Below, piece after piece: positions 63,980 to 64,000 of a DNA stretch of 64,000 nucleotides. The number at the start of each line of letters is the position of its first letter. The first letter of the stretch is position 1. Made by a program: the position numbers and the translations under genes. The notes below the pieces were generated by a model that was not told the origin of the DNA, did no database searches, and saw nothing but the letters and a program-made list of their open reading frames with translations. The stretch is from a virus (Duplodnaviria > Caudoviricetes): the IMG/VR virus record IMGVR_UViG_3300033066_001466, positions 10,720 through 74,719 of that record; one strand, written 5' to 3'.

Positions 63980-64000
63980 TCTGCCGCGATTAAAGGAGGT

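Noticed and set aside
1-64000. tRNA, rRNA, reverse transcriptase/DGR, integrase
   Set aside because: No cloverleaf-sized intergenic structure, YxDD protein, TR/VR pair or recombinase motifs were seen.

Overview
64-kb segment of a large, AT-rich (about one-third GC by eye) tailed dsDNA phage genome, standard code 11, with a long non-contractile tail (tube, chaperones, 1995-aa tape measure, no sheath). It has three blocks. (1) 1-27.5 kb, + strand: class II RNR (3' end), RecA, DnaB, primase, dNMP kinase, Cas4-like nuclease, dUTPase, a DnaE split into two genes around DnaQ, a glycosyltransferase/PhoH cluster, putative SSAP and SSB, and five free-standing homing endonucleases. (2) 27.5-61.5 kb, - strand: sigma-like factor, putative TerS, GDP-mannose dehydratase, ERCC4 nuclease, intein-containing TerL, portal, a solo TnpB, protease/scaffold, capsid, neck, tail tube, HNH, chaperones, tape measure, tail tip and a holin-like gene. 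(3) 61.6-64 kb, + strand: small genes (SLOG, MazG-like, peptide deformylase). Most notable observations: an unannotated 60-codon mini-paralog of the tail-tube N-terminus with one in-frame TGA (43200-43382); a recurring late-promoter motif CGGNGTATA that also sits upstream of homing endonucleases with RBS-occluding hairpins, a nested scaffold gene and (one mismatch) the TnpB; a dispersed asymmetric 21-bp repeat at gene ends; and apparent GATC avoidance. All calls come from manual motif reading; no database searches were run.
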